64,000 nucleotides of DNA from Chiloscyllium plagiosum (taxonomy: Eukaryota): positions 7,990,012 through 8,054,011 of the forward strand of contig NC_057720.1 in assembly GCF_004010195.1 (NCBI RefSeq), read 5' to 3'. The notes beneath the pieces were generated by a model, which saw only the letters and a program-made list of their open reading frames with translations, was not told where the DNA came from and did not search any database. Shown here piece after piece: positions 38,441-51,982 of this stretch. The translations under genes were made by a program, and so were the position numbers. Every line of letters starts with the position of its first letter. The stretch's first letter is position 1.

Positions 38441-38739
38441 GAGAGCTTGGCTAAATAAAGAATCCAGAGTGGAGTGCTGGAAAAGCACAGCAGGCTAGGC
38501 AGCACCTGAGAAGCAGGAGAACCAATGCCCTGGGCAAGAGCTGTGGGTCTGGAGTCACATGTAGGCCAGTTCAGGTAAGGATGGCAGTTTCCTACCCTAA
38601 AGGACATCAGTGAACCAGATGGATTTTTCCAATTGATTTATGGCCATCATTAGATTCTTAATTCCAGATTTTCATTGAATTTAAATTTCATCATCTACCG
38701 TGATAGGATTCAATGTCCTCAGAGCATTACACCATCAAT

Positions 38740-38908
38740 TTAGAATGGCCAATTCACCTAACCAGCACATCTTTGGACTGTGGGAGGAAACCCACACAGA
38801 CACGGGGAGAATGTGCAAACTCCACACAAACAGTTGCCTGAGGTGAGAATTGAACCCAGGTCTCTAGCGCTGTGAGGCAGCAGTGCTAACCACTGTGCCA
38901 CCGTGCCG
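38740..38908 (-). mobile_element. HE1 fragment inside a family 2 SINE
   Basis: Reverse HE1 head and V-domain. Confidence 0.85.
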
Positions 38909-39579
38909 ACTTTTCAGCTGGCATTACACCATCAGTCCAGCGATAGTATCACGAGGTCATCACCTTCCTTTACCAGAGTCAACTTGCCAACCAATACTAC
39001 AAAGGTTGGTTTTCTGCTGAAATTGGTATTTCTTGTGAATTGACCTGATGAGTGCAAGATGAAAAAGCTTCAACGAAATGTCTCTTTTTGCAGAAGCTCA
39101 GTTTTTAGGCTGACCAAATGTATTGCACAGAAAAGGCAGTGTGGATGGAGGAGCCAACAATATATGAACACGAATTGAATGATAAGAGATGGGGACAGTT
39201 GGTAAAGAACTTTCTTGGCTTATACAAAGTAAGACAGCAGATGTTTGACACAATTCCAATTGGATGTTATTCTGATCTTTATTGCTCCTCACTGTAAAGT
39301 TGGCAACACGATCGTAACGGGAAATCTCGCATGTTTTGCCAATATTCCATTCTTTGCAAATACATACACACTCTCATTTAGTTACATTTCCCTGTGCCAT
39401 GTTAGCAGTCACAATGCTGGCTGTGCAGGGTAGTGAATAGGTCATGTATCAAGGCTGGCGATAAAACTTGCAGAAACATTGCAGAGGTCCCAGGTGGAGA
39501 ATTATGATCAAATTTCAGCTCGCCACTTCAGCAAGGTCTCAGAGCAGAAGAAAAGGAGATTGGTTGTTGCTACAAGTTT

Positions 39580-39860
39580 ACAGTCCATTGTTGAGGATGT
39601 GATTTCAGAGTACTTGGAAGTGCATGGTAAGATAGGGTTGAGTCAGCATGGCTTCATCAAGGAGGGTCAGGCCTGACAATTCTGTTAGAAACCTTTGTGG
39701 AGGTAATGAGTAAGTTGAACAAAGGAGAGCAAGTGGACGTGATCTGTTTGGATTCCAGAAGGTCTTTGGTAATATGCCGCATAGGAGGCTGCTAAATAAG
39801 GTAAGAATCCATGGTGTAAGGGACAAAGCATTATTTGACTGGCAGAAGGCAAAGAATGGT
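39580..39860 (+). mobile_element. CR1 RT fragment
   Basis: IGLSQHGF...LDFQKVF..PHRRLLNKVRIHG. Confidence 0.8.
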
Positions 39861-39879
39861 CATGAAAGGATCTTTTATA

Positions 39880-42800
39880 TAGAATATAGAACAGTACAGC
39901 ACAGTACAGGCCCTTCAGCCCTCCATGCTGTGCCAACCTTTTATCCTACTGTAAAATCAAGCTAACTGACATACCCAACATTTTACTATCCTCCATGTAC
40001 CGATCCAAAAGTCGCTTAAATATCCCTAATGTCTCTGACTCTACTCTCACCGCTGACAGTGCATTCCACGCATCCACCACTCTCTGCGTAAAGAACCAAC
40101 CTCTGATATCTCCCTAAACCTTCCTCCCATCACCTTATATTTATGCCCCCTCATAGAGTCATTGAGTCATAGGGATGTACAGCATGGAAACAGACCCTTC
40201 GGTCCAACGCGTCCATGCCGACCAGATATCCCAACCCAATCTAGTCCCACCTGCCAGCACCCAGCCCATATCCCTCAAAACCCTTCCTATACATATACCC
40301 ATCCAAATGCCTCTTAAATGTTGCAATTGTACCAGCCTCCACCACATCCTCTGGCAGCTCATTCCATACATGTACCACCCTCTTCGTGAAAATGTTGCCC
40401 CTTAGGTCTCTTTTATATCTTTCCTCTCTCACCCTNNNNNNNNNNNNNNNNNNNNNNNNNNNNNNNNNNNNNNNNNNNNNNNNNNNNNNNNNNNNNNNNN
40501 NNNNNNNNNNNNNNNNNNNNNNNNNNNNNNNNNNNNNNNNNNNNNNNNNNNNNNNNNNNNNNNNNNNNNNNNNNNNNNNNNNNNNNNNNNNNNNNNNNNN
40601 NNNNNNNNNNNNNNNNNNNNNNNNNNNNNNNNNNNNNNNNNNNNNNNNNNNNNNNNNNNNNNNNNNNNNNNNNNNNNNNNNNNNNNNNNNNNNNNNNNNN
40701 NNNNNNNNNNNNNNNNNNNNNNNNNNNNNNNNNNNNNNNNNNNNNNNNNNNNNNNNNNNNNNNNNNNNNNNNNNNNNNNNNNNNNNNNNNNNNNNNNNNN
40801 NNNNNNNNNNNNNNNNNNNNNNNNNNNNNNNNNNNNNNNNNNNNNNNNNNNNNNNNNNNNNNNNNNNNNNNNNNNNNNNNNNNNNNNNNNNNNNNNNNNN
40901 NNNNNNNNNNNNNNNNNNNNNNNNNNNNNNNNNNNNNNNNNNNNNNNNNNNNNNNNNNNNNNNNNNNNNNNNNNNNNNNNNNNNNNNNNNNNNNNNNNNN
41001 NNNNNNNNNNNNNNNNNNNNNNNNNNNNNNNNNNNNNNNNNNNNNNNNNNNNNNNNNNNNNNNNNNNNNNNNNNNNNNNNNNNNNNNNNNNNNNNNNNNN
41101 NNNNNNNNNNNNNNNNNNNNNNNNNNNNNNNNNNNNNNNNNNNNNNNNNNNNNNNNNNNNNNNNNNNNNNNNNNNNNNNNNNNNNNNNNNNNNNNNNNNN
41201 NNNNNNNNNNNNNNNNNNNNNNNNNNNNNNNNNNNNNNNNNNNNNNNNNNNNNNNNNNNNNNNNNNNNNNNNNNNNNNNNNNNNNNNNNNNNNNNNNNNN
41301 NNNNNNNNNNNNNNNNNNNNNNNNNNNNNNNNNNNNNNNNNNNNNNNNNNNNNNNNNNNNNNNNNNNNNNNNNNTTCTCGGGTACACCTGATCATGTCCT
41401 GGGGTTTTATCCACCTTTAACCATTTCAAGACATCCAGCACTTAGTCCTCTGTAATCTGGACATTTTGCAAGATGTCACCATCTATTTCCCTACAGTCTA
41501 TATCTTCCATATCCTTTTCCACAGTAAATACTGATGAAAAATATTCATTTAGTATCTCCCCCATTTTCTGTGACTCCACACAAAGGCCGCCTTGCTGATC
41601 TTTGAGGGGCCCTATTCTCTCCCTAGTTATCCTTTTGTCTTTAATATAAAAACCTTTTGGATTCTTCTTAATTCTATTTGCCAAAGCTATCTCATGTCAT
41701 CTTTTAGCCCTCCTGATTTCCCTCTTAAGTATACTCCTACTTTCTTTATAATCTTCAAAGGATTCACTCGATCTATCCTGTCTATACCTGACATATGCTT
41801 CCTTCTTTTTCTTAACCAAACCCTCAATTTCTTTAGTCATCCAGCATTCCCTGTACCTACCAGCCTTCCCTTTCACCCTGACAGGAATATACTTTCTTTG
41901 GATTCTCATTATCTCATTTCTGAAGGCTTCCCATTTTCCAGCCATCCCTTTACCTGTGAACATCTGCCTCCAATCAGTTTTCAAAAGTTCTTGCCTAATA
42001 CTGTCAAAATTGGCCTTTCTCCAATTTGATAGCCATTTCCGCCCTGGGATAAAAGTCTCTGGCTATCCACTCTGTCTATGTCTCTCATCATCTTGTACAC
42101 CTCTATCAACTCACCTCTCATCCTTCTTTGCTCCAATGAGAAAAGCCCTAACACCCTCTACCTTTCTTCACAAGACATGGCCTCCAGTCCAGGCAACATC
42201 CTGGTAAATCTCCTCTGCACCCTCTCGAAAAGTTTCACATCCTTCCTATAATCAGGCAACCAGAACTGAACACAACATTCCAAGTGTGGTCTAACCAGGG
42301 CTTTATAGAGTTAAAGCATAACCTCACGGCACTTAAACTCACTCCCCCTACTAATGAAAGCCAACATACCACACGCCTTCTTCACAACCCTATCAACTTG
42401 GGTGGCAAATTTGAGGGATCTATGGATGTGGACCCCAAGATCCCTCTATTCCTCCACATTGCCAAGAATCCTGCCTTTAACCCTGTATTCTGTATTCAAA
42501 TTTGACCTTGCAACATGAATCACTTCACACTTTTCCAGGTTGAACTGCATCTGCCACTTATCAGCCTAGTTCTGCATCCTGTCAATGTCCCGTTGCAACC
42601 TACAACAGCCCTCCACACTATCCACAACTCCACCAACCTTTGCGTCATCGGCAAACTTAGTAACCCTCCTTCCACTTCCTCATTCAAGTCATTCCTCATC
42701 CAAGTCACAAACAGCAGAGGTCCCAGAACAGATTCCTGTGGAACACCACTGGTCAACAAACCCCAGGCTGAATACTTTCTTCTGTCTTCACTGGGCCAGC

Positions 42801-43320
42801 CAATTCTGTATCCAGACAGCCAAATTTCCCTGTATCCCATGCCCCCTTACTTTCTGAATGAGCCTACCACAGGGAACCTTATCAAATGCCTCACTAAGAT
42901 CCAGTATTTCAACATCCACTGCTTTACCTTCAACAATGTGTTTTGTCACATCCTTAAAGAATTCAATACGGCTTATGAAGTATGACCAGCCCCCCACAAA
43001 GCCATTGCTGACTATCTCTAATCAAGCTATGCTTTTCCAAATAATCATAAATCCTGTCTCTCAGAATCCTCTCCAATAATTTGCCCACTACTGATGTAAG
43101 ATTGATTAGTCTGTAATTCCCAGGGTTATCCTTATTCCCTTTCTTGGAAAAGGGAATAACATTTGCAACCCTGGAATCATTTGGCACTATTCCAATGGGC
43201 AGTGAGGATGGAAAGATCATCACCAAAGGCGCAGCAATCACTTCGTTCTCTTTCATAGTAACCTTGGGTACATCCTATCTGGCCCTGGAGACTTATCCAT
43301 GCTCATATTTTTCACATTTT
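39880..43320 (-). mobile_element. CR1 (39880-40152 and 42028-43320) interrupted by a younger HER1-like CR1 (40153-42027, spanning a gap)
   Basis: NPGNYRLINLTSVVGK, AFDKVP, GVPQESVLGP; the inner copy matches 15869-18360. Confidence 0.85.
40436..41374. other. Assembly gap (other gaps: 14127-14151, 47995-48412, 49185-49257)
   Basis: N runs. Confidence 1.
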
Positions 43321-43332
43321 TCCTTCTTAACA

Positions 43333-43651
43333 TTAGATTAGATTAGATTAGATTACAGTGTGGAAACAGGCCCTTCAGCCCAACAAGTCCACACCGACCC
43401 GCCGAAGCGAAACTCACCCATACCCTTACATTTACCCCTTACCTAACACCATGGGCAATTTAGCATGGCCAATTCACCTGACCCTGCACATCTTTGGACT
43501 GTGGGAGGAAACCGGAGCACCCGGAGGAAACCCACGCAGACACGGGGAGAACGTGCAAACTCCACACAGTCAGTCGCCTGAGGCGGGAAGTGAACCCAGG
43601 TCTCAGGCGCTGTGAGGCAGCAGTGCTAACCACTTTGCCACCGTGCCGCCC
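43333..43651 (-). mobile_element. Young HE1 SINE
   Basis: Near-identical to 10608-10925. Confidence 0.95.
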
Positions 43652-43694
43652 ATTGACCTGTTAAAGCATATCAGCCTGTTTCACGCTGTCTACC

Positions 43695-44441
43695 AAAGTT
43701 ATACACTTTGGTAGGAAGGATAGAGGTGTAGATACTTGGTAGTGTGGATGAGCAGAGGGATCTTGGTGTCCATGTACACAGATCTTTGAAAGTTGCAACC
43801 CAGGTAAATAGTGCGGTGAAGAAGGCATATGGCGTACTGGCTTTTATTGGTAGAGGAATTGAGTTCCGGAGTCCTGAGGTCATGATGCAGTTGTATAAGA
43901 CTCTGGTGCGGCCGCATCTGGAATATTGTGTGCAGTTTTGGTCGCCATACTATAGGAAGGATGTGGAGGCACTGGAACGGGTGCAGAGGAGGTTTACCAG
44001 GATGTTGCCTGGTATGGAAGGAAGATCGTATGAGGAGAGACTGAGACACTTGGGGCTGTTTTCATTAGAGAAAAGAAGGTTTAGGGGTGACTTGATTGAG
44101 GTGTACAAGATGATTAGGAGGTTAGATAGGGTTGACAGTGTGAACCTTTTCCCGCGTATGGAGTCGGGTATTACAAGGGGGCATAGCTTTAAATTAAGGG
44201 AGGTTGGATATAGGACTGAAGTTAGGGGTAGGTTCTTCACTCAGCGAGTCGTAAGTTCATGGAATGCCCTGCCAGTAGCAGTGGTGGACTCTCCCTCTTT
44301 ATGGGCATTTAAGCGGGCATTGGATAGGTATATGGAGGATAGTGGGTTAGTATAGGTTAGGTGGGCTTGGATCGGCGCAACATCGAGGGCCAAAGGGCCT
44401 GTACTGCGCTGTATTCTTCTATGTTCTATGTTCTATGTTCT
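43695..44441 (+). mobile_element. Young CR1 3' fragment with open 203-aa ORF2 C-terminus
   Basis: ORF 43744-44355 QRDLGV...LVRPHLEYCVQFWSP; (tctatgt)n tail. Confidence 0.92.
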
Positions 44442-45080
44442 AACCCTTCGAACCAGCTCTGCTATTCAACATGATCATGGCTGATCATCCAATGCAGTTC
44501 TTTATACCCATTTATTCACATACCCTTTCATTCCTTTAGATCTAAAAACTATATCTCACTCCTTCTTAAAAACATTCAACATTTTGGCTGCAACTGTTTT
44601 CTGTGGCAGAGAATTCCAGACAACCCACTCTCTGAATCAAGAAATTTCTCCTCATCTCTGTCCTAAAAAGCCTATTCTACATCCTTAGACTGTAATCCCA
44701 GTCCTGAACTCCCTGATCAGTAGGAACATCATCCCAACATGTATCCTGTCTCGTTCAGTTAGGGGTACAGGAAATTCCCCCCTCAATCTTCTCGACTCCA
44801 TAGCTGTCGTCCTAACCGATCCAATCTGTCTTCACACGTCAGAACCTTAAAGACCAGAGAGAAATTTTGTTGTTCTACTCATAGCAAAGATGGTGAATGG
44901 AAAGTTTAAATGTTCTAAATCAGAATGAATGAGGGGAAAATGTTGAATCTCTTCCTACCTTTTTCATTCCCAGTGACAAAACAGACCAAGGGACAGAAAA
45001 TGGACAAAAGAGGCAGAGATATCAAAAATTAAAAACTACACAGACTGAATTGTTGTGATTTGGAATGCTGTATCTGTACA

Positions 45081-45313
45081 GTTAAAAATCACACAACAGC
45101 AGGTTATAGTCCAACAGGTTTATTTGGAAGCACTAGCTTTTGCAGCGCTGCTCCTTCATCAGGTAACTAGTTAAAAATTACCTAATAGAGTTACCTAATG
45201 AAGGAACAATGCTTTGAAAGCTAGTGCTTCCAAATAAACCTGCTGGACTATAACCTGTGTTGTGTGATTTTTGACTTTGTCCACCCCAGTCCAACCTCGG
45301 CATCTCCACATCT
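45081..45313. mobile_element. Family B palindrome
   Basis: Arms aaaaatcacacaac...ccttcatcagg / cctaatgaagg...gttgtgtgattttt; tatctg flanks. Confidence 0.8.
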
Positions 45314-45464
45314 TATCTGCAAAGGGCAGTGGAAATAAATTCAACAACAAAAGTCATCAAAAGGGACTTCAAATAAAGCATTTGTTGGGCTAAGGGGAAA
45401 AAGCAGGGAGAGTGGAATTAATAGCATAGCTCTTCCAAAGAACCAGTATCATGTTCTGACCTTT

Positions 45465-46392
45465 TAGCTGCCTGCCATTTTAACTCACCACCCTGTTTCC
45501 TGGCCAATATCTCCGTCTCAGGCTTGCTCCAGTGCTCCAGTGAAGCTCAGCCCAAACTGGAAGAACAACACCTTGCTTCCCACTTGGGGACCCTGCAATC
45601 TTCTGGACTCAATATTGAATTCAATAACTTAAGGGTTTGGGCTCTCCTGTGTCCTTACCCCAACTCCCACACACTGGGCTGGATTATCATATAGTCTGTA
45701 ATGACACACAACCCGTTTGTTTTAATGTTCATTCACAGGATGAGGACCAGCATTCACTGACTAGGCCAGCATTTATTGCCCATCCCTAATTGCCCAGAGG
45801 GCAGTTAAGAGTCAAGCACATTGTTCTGGGTCTGGAATCAAATGTTGGTCAGAGCAGCTAAGGATAGCAGTTTCCTTCCCTAAAGAGCATGAGTGAATCA
45901 GGTGGGTTTTTCTAACAACCGACAATGGATTCATGGTCATGACTAAATTCTTAATTCCAGATAATTTATTGAATTCAAATTCCACCATCTGCCTTGATGG
46001 TATTCGAACCCAGGTCCCCAGACCATTCCCTGGGTCTCTGGATTAACAGTCTAGTGATAATACCATGAGGCCATCACTTCCCCTATTTTTAATTGTCCTC
46101 ACCAAAAGCCATTCATCCTCCCAGACAGATCATTGTCCACTCTATTGTCTGTCCAATTGTTCTCTCTCTTTGGGCTCTATCCCCACCTATCAATTACTCC
46201 TTCCTCCCTCCCCCACCATCTTCTGTACAAACTGACATTGCCCGAGCTACCGCCAGTTCTGAGGAAGTGCCACTCACCCGGAAACGTTAACTCTGATTTC
46301 TCTCCACAGATGCTGCCAGACCTGCTGAGCTTTTCCAGCAACTTCTGTTTTTTGTTTCTGATTTACAGCAGCGCTGTTCATTTGGTTTATAT
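45465..46392 (+). mobile_element. PLE 3' end (family D parent) interrupted by a family 2 SINE
   Basis: HFNS...KLEEQHL.HLGTLQSSGLNIEFNN; ctgagga...ccg-gaaacgtt at 46259-46290. Confidence 0.8.
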
Positions 46393-46506
46393 TTGGACAG
46401 GATTTAATGGTAGCAGCCTTATCTCTCGTGTCAGACAGCCATGTGCTCGAGCACTTACACTGGATAGACGAGCATATTAATAGTATTTAACACTTGTTTT
46501 CATTCG

Positions 46507-46880
46507 AGTGTCAGAGGCTGAGGAGCAACTTAATTGCAGTATATAAAATTATGAGGGGCATGGATAGGGTGGATAGCCAGTGTCTCTTTCCCAGGGGTGG
46601 AAATGTCAAATACTAGAAGGCATAGGTTTAAAGGGAGAGAGGAAAAGTTTAAGTGAGATGTGCCAGGTAAGTTTTTTACACAAAGGGTGGTAGGTGCCTC
46701 GAATGTGCTGCCAAGGCAAGTGGTAGAAGCTGATATGATAGCAGCATTTAAAAGGTATTTTGACAGAACAGGCAGGAAATAGAGGGAGCAGATTATGTGC
46801 AGGCAGATAGGATGAATTTATAATGCTGGCATATGGTGGGCCGAAGGGCTCTTTCCTGTGCTGTACTGTTCTGTATTCTA
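46507..46880 (+). mobile_element. CR1 3' fragment
   Basis: RLRSNLIAVYKIMRG...FFTQRVV. Confidence 0.8.
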
Positions 46881-47604
46881 TGATGCAGTATTGAAGCAGT
46901 ACTCCGCAATCCAATGAGACATCAAAGTCCAGTCTGCCTTCTCGGATGAATGTAAACATAATCTTTGTGATACTCAGTGAACAAGGGAGTCTCACTGACG
47001 TTCTGCCAACATTTAACTCAGTCCATATCATGAAAACAAATTATTCTGTTATTTATTTCACTGCCACTTCTGGCTGCTACATCACAGCTCTAATCCTATT
47101 TAGGGAGCACTTCATTAGCTTGTCTCTTTGCAATGTCCTGCTGAGCTTGTGAAAAGTGCAACATCGATATCAGCTCTCTTCTTCTTTCAAGTTGTGATCG
47201 TTGGCTTTGTCAAAGCTGAGGGCAATCAAGCTTATGGGAAGAATGGCAGAAGGGAAATTCTGAGGCCACTCCAGAATGCCACTGGAAAAGAGGATGGATG
47301 GACAATGAAGCAATCTGTCAGGGAGGTCTCATTTCTGACATCCTTGCCACTAACTAAAAACAGTTGATTTGTTAATTGCTACACCCAGAGCAGAGACTTC
47401 CTTAATGACTTACAGAATTAATATTGGACCCAGTCAGAGGGAGAGACCACTTCCTTTTCCACTACTTCCTCTGTTCAAACCCTGACTATCCCTTTCAGAG
47501 AATACTAGCAGAAAGTGGTCATACATCTCACCTCTCCCTCTTGCTGGGAGGGCATTTGGAACCAACATGAGGTAAGTATAGTAGAAAGTGGATGGAATAG
47601 AGGG

Positions 47605-47785
47605 TGGTAATGATAGCTCAGTGGTTAGCTCTGCTACATCACTGCCACCTATGTTTGTGTGAGTTTCCTCTGGGTGCTCTGGTTTTCTCTCACAGTCCAA
47701 AGATGTGCAGCTAAGGTGGATTGGCCATGTTAAATTGCTCATAGTGTCCGGGGATGTGCAGGCTAGGTGGGTTAGTCATGGGAAA
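47605..47785 (+). mobile_element. HE1 fragment
   Basis: V-domain ggtgctctggttttctctcacagtccaaagatgtgc. Confidence 0.75.
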
Positions 47786-47797
47786 AAAATCAGCTCG

Positions 47798-50700
47798 GCA
47801 AAAACAAGGACTGCAGATGCTGGAATCCAAAGGCCCCCAACGCCTCATCTTCACCATGGATATCCAATCCCTCTACACCTCCACCTGCCATGACCAGGGC
47901 CTCCAAGCTCTCCATTTCTTCCTCTCCCGATGTCCCCAACAGTACCCTTCCACTGACACTCTCATTCATTTGGTTGAACTGGTCCTCACCCTTANNNNNN
48001 NNNNNNNNNNNNNNNNNNNNNNNNNNNNNNNNNNNNNNNNNNNNNNNNNNNNNNNNNNNNNNNNNNNNNNNNNNNNNNNNNNNNNNNNNNNNNNNNNNNN
48101 NNNNNNNNNNNNNNNNNNNNNNNNNNNNNNNNNNNNNNNNNNNNNNNNNNNNNNNNNNNNNNNNNNNNNNNNNNNNNNNNNNNNNNNNNNNNNNNNNNNN
48201 NNNNNNNNNNNNNNNNNNNNNNNNNNNNNNNNNNNNNNNNNNNNNNNNNNNNNNNNNNNNNNNNNNNNNNNNNNNNNNNNNNNNNNNNNNNNNNNNNNNN
48301 NNNNNNNNNNNNNNNNNNNNNNNNNNNNNNNNNNNNNNNNNNNNNNNNNNNNNNNNNNNNNNNNNNNNNNNNNNNNNNNNNNNNNNNNNNNNNNNNNNNN
48401 NNNNNNNNNNNNATTACAAACAACAAACAACTCTATACAAAAAGCAATAAGTGCTTTTGATGTTTCTCAGTTCAGATGTTTTTTCAGTTTTTCAGTGAGA
48501 AAACTCCAGTCTGTTTTGGGCTTAAACAAGTGCACTGAAATCTGGTTGAATGTCTGAGGTGGATATGCGAAGGACAGCTGAGAGGTGATAGAGGATCTGT
48601 ATTTGGATTTGTTGAGCTTCATCACTGAGAATGTCTGTTCGCAAATATAGGTAGACCCAAAGAGGACTAGAATCTTCTGAGCATGCCTCCTCATGTGTGG
48701 AAAGTTCTCCACTTTGAGGGAAGAGTAAAAATCAAGCAGTGAGACTGATCTGAAGTACTCTGCCAGAAGTGTGTCTGACTGCAGGTTAATGAGTTCAAGC
48801 TGAACATCACTAGGTGCATTCCCCACATTGCATGTAAATGGGGAAAAAAAATCATATGCATTTCATTCTCAACCGTTTTAAAGTCTTGAAATCGCCTTGA
48901 AAATTCACCATGCAGTGCTTCTAACATAGATGAGTACCTGTGGAGGTGATCAGCTGAAGGTGCGGCTTCCTTTAGTTTTGGCAAGTGGGTGAGAATGTTG
49001 TTCTCCATTTGGCTTGAGAGAAGCTGCAACTTTCTCATAAAAGCCTTCGCCAAGTTGTACATTTCATGCACAAAAAGGCCCGTGCACTGGGTTTCACATT
49101 TAGTTCATTCAAAAGTACAGTCACGTCAACAGCAAAACCAAGGTCTGCAATCCAGTCTGCATCTGAAAGCTGTGGAATGCCATTNNNNNNNNNNNNNNNN
49201 NNNNNNNNNNNNNNNNNNNNNNNNNNNNNNNNNNNNNNNNNNNNNNNNNNNNNNNNNTCAAAGCTCTTGCCCTGATGAAGTTAACTATTTTAGTTACAAC
49301 ATCAACCACATGGTTAATTTTTAACACTGACTTACACAACACTTCCTGATGTATAATACAATGCAAAAATACCAATTTCTGTTCAGGGTCAATTTCTGAG
49401 ACTTTATCCTGCATTCTCTTTAAGACTCTTCTCTTCAAGAGTCCAACATTTTTTCCTGTTAGATTTGGACAACCATCCGTTGTCACACCCGCCAGCTTGT
49501 CCCATTTTAGTCCTACCGTGTCCAAACATGCATTTACCTCCGTGAACAAATCATTACCAGTTGTTGTTCCTTTCATTGGCTGCACGGCTGACAGCTTCTC
49601 CATGACTTTAAAGTCCGTAGTTATCCCACGTACGAAGCTGGGCTGTGTCATGTACGTCGCAGCTCTCATCCAAAGCCAAGGAAAAAATGTCAAAGTTGAC
49701 CGCTCTGTGTTGCAGCTGAAGCTCCAGATTTCTCGCGATGTCCCCAGTCCTTCTCATTACAGTGCGTCAGGAGAGGGGCACATTCTCAAATGCCTCCTTT
49801 TTCTCTGGGCATATTAGTTCTGCAGAGTCCAACAAGCACTTCTTAGTAAACTCTCCATCAGAAAACGGTTTACTGTTTCTGGCGATTTTGTGGGATATGA
49901 CATAACTAGTCTTGGTGTGAGCTGACATTCTGAGGGCTAGCCAGCAAGCATCACTTTTAGCTGTTCCTGCACACACATACACGCGCATGTGCATCCATAT
50001 GTAAATTAAAAAAGCAACCTTTTCCAAACAAAAGCAACACAGTTGTATTGCATGCATGGCGTAAATACTTTTTCATTTATGTTCTAATTTAAGATTGACC
50101 TCATGCAGGCTGGACAGGAACGACCAAAGGGCCGGATATGGCCCATGGGCCGTAAAATGCCCAGGTCTGATCTGGACCATCTCTGACACCTCCCTCCCCT
50201 ACCTGGACGTCTCCACCTCCATTAATGACGACCGACTTGACACTGACATTTTTTACAAAGCCACTGACTCCCACAGCCACCTGGATTACACCTCTTCCCA
50301 CCCTACCTCCTGCAAAAATGCCATCCCATATTCCCAATTCCTCCGCCTCCGCCGTATCTGCTCCCAAGAGGACCAGTTCCACCACAGAACACACCAGATG
50401 GCCTCTTTCTTTAGAGACCACAATTTCCCTTCCCATGTGGTTAAAGATGCCCTCTAATGCATCTCATCCACATCCTGCCCCTCTGCCCTCAAACCCACCC
50501 CTCCAACCGCAACAAGGACAGAACCCCCTTAGCCCTCACCTTCCACCCTACCAATCTTTGCATAAGCCGCATCATCTGCTGACATTTCTGCCACCTCCAA
50601 ACAGACCCCACCACCAGGGATATATTTACCTCCCCACCCCTTTTCGCTTTCTACAAAGACCGTTCCCTCCATGACTACCTGGTCAGGTCCACAGCCCCCA

Positions 50701-51497
50701 ATAACCCACCCTTCCCTCCTGGCACCTTTCCATGCCACTGCAGGAATTGCAAAAACCTGCACCCACACCTCCTCTCCCCAACCCCCACCTCCATCCAAGG
50801 CCCCAAAGGAGCTTTCCACATCCATCAAAGTTTCTTCTGCACATCCACCAATGTAATTTATTGTATCCGTTGCTCCCGATGTGGTCTCCTTTACATTGGG
50901 GAGACTGGACACCTCTTCGCAGAGTGCTTTAGGGAACATCTCTGGGATACCCACACCAATCAACTCCACTGCCCCTTGGCCCAACATTTCAACTCCCCCT
51001 CCCACTCTGCCGAGGACATGCAGGTCTTGGGCCTCCTTCACTGCCACTCTCTCACCACCTGACATTTGGAGGAAGAACGCCGTCTTCCACCTTGGAACAC
51101 TTCAACCTCAGGGCATCAGTGTGGACTTCACCAGTTTCCTCATTTCCCCTCCCCCACCTTACCCCAGTTCCAACCTTCCAGCTCAGCACCATCCTCATGA
51201 CCTGTCCTACCTGCCAATCTTCCTTCCCATCTATCCACTCCACCCCCATCTCTGACCTATCACCTTCATCCCCACCTCCATCCACCTATTGTACTCTTGG
51301 CTACCTTCTCCCCAGTCCCACCACCCTCCCATTTATCTCTCCACCCCTGAGGCTCCAAGCCTCATTCCTGAAGAAGGGCTTTTGCCCAAAACATCAATTT
51401 TCCTGCTCCTCGGATGCTGTCTGACCTGCTGTGCTTTTCCAGGACCACTCTAATGTTGACTCTAATCTCCAGCATCTGCAGTACCCACTTCTGCCTA
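47798..51497 (+). mobile_element. Penelope-like element (family A parent) with short 5' inverted end, interrupted by hAT
   Basis: IFTMDIQSLYT (RT), LPYLDV...DIFYKATDSHSHL...IPYSQFLRLRRICS, NVIYCIRCSRCGLLYIGETG (GIY-YIG); 3' hammerhead-type tail 51365-51497. Confidence 0.9.
48413..50169 (-). mobile_element. Decayed hAT-Charlie DNA transposon, GTF2IRD2/EPM2AIP1-like transposase
   Basis: VTTDGCPNLTG, HCIIHQEVLC, LFGSTYICEQTFS; terminus CAGacctgggcattttacggcccatgggcc at 50169; 8-bp flank atctggac. Confidence 0.88.
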
Positions 51498-51769
51498 GCG
51501 GATAGTGATGATGGGGAGTGGTCAGCAATCAGGGAGGAGATCAGGAACTGGAGATTCTGACTGTTGGAGGTAGACCGCAAAGCAGGATAGTTTGGTGGGC
51601 TAGTGTTTGTCGTCTTGCCCTTCTTATAAGCTGTTGGTAAGTTACTTACTTACCTGTTGGATCTGGCTCATATCATCTTTCTTACCTGAGCCCTTGAATT
51701 TAAAAGCTGATAATATTTGAGACTTGTGCTCTCATTGTCACACCCAGGTTATAGACCCACTTCTGGATA

Positions 51770-51960
51770 CCCAATGAGTTACCTATCATCTTACCCCAAA
51801 CATCTACTTTCTCCCTACCCCACCCCCCTCTCATTTATCTCTCCACCCTGGAGGCGTCCTGCCTGTATTCTTGATGAAGGGCTTTTGCCTGAAACGTCAA
51901 TTTTCCTGCTCCTTGGATGCTGCCTGACCTGCTGTGCTTTTCCAGCACCACTCTAATCTA
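51770..51960 (+). mobile_element. Family A PLE 3' end fragment
   Basis: ttgatgaagggcttttgcctgaaacgtc...gatgctgcctgacctgctgtgcttttccagc. Confidence 0.8.
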
Positions 51961-51982
51961 GTCATGGGAAAATTGGAGGGTT

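Noticed and set aside
40241..41441. Long ORFs of 342-384 aa (also 47754-48557)
   Set aside because: Artefacts of N gaps
48467..50057. Domesticated GTF2IRD2/EPM2AIP1-like host gene
   Set aside because: Frameshifted and deleted, retains a transposon terminus, and is nested in a Penelope copy
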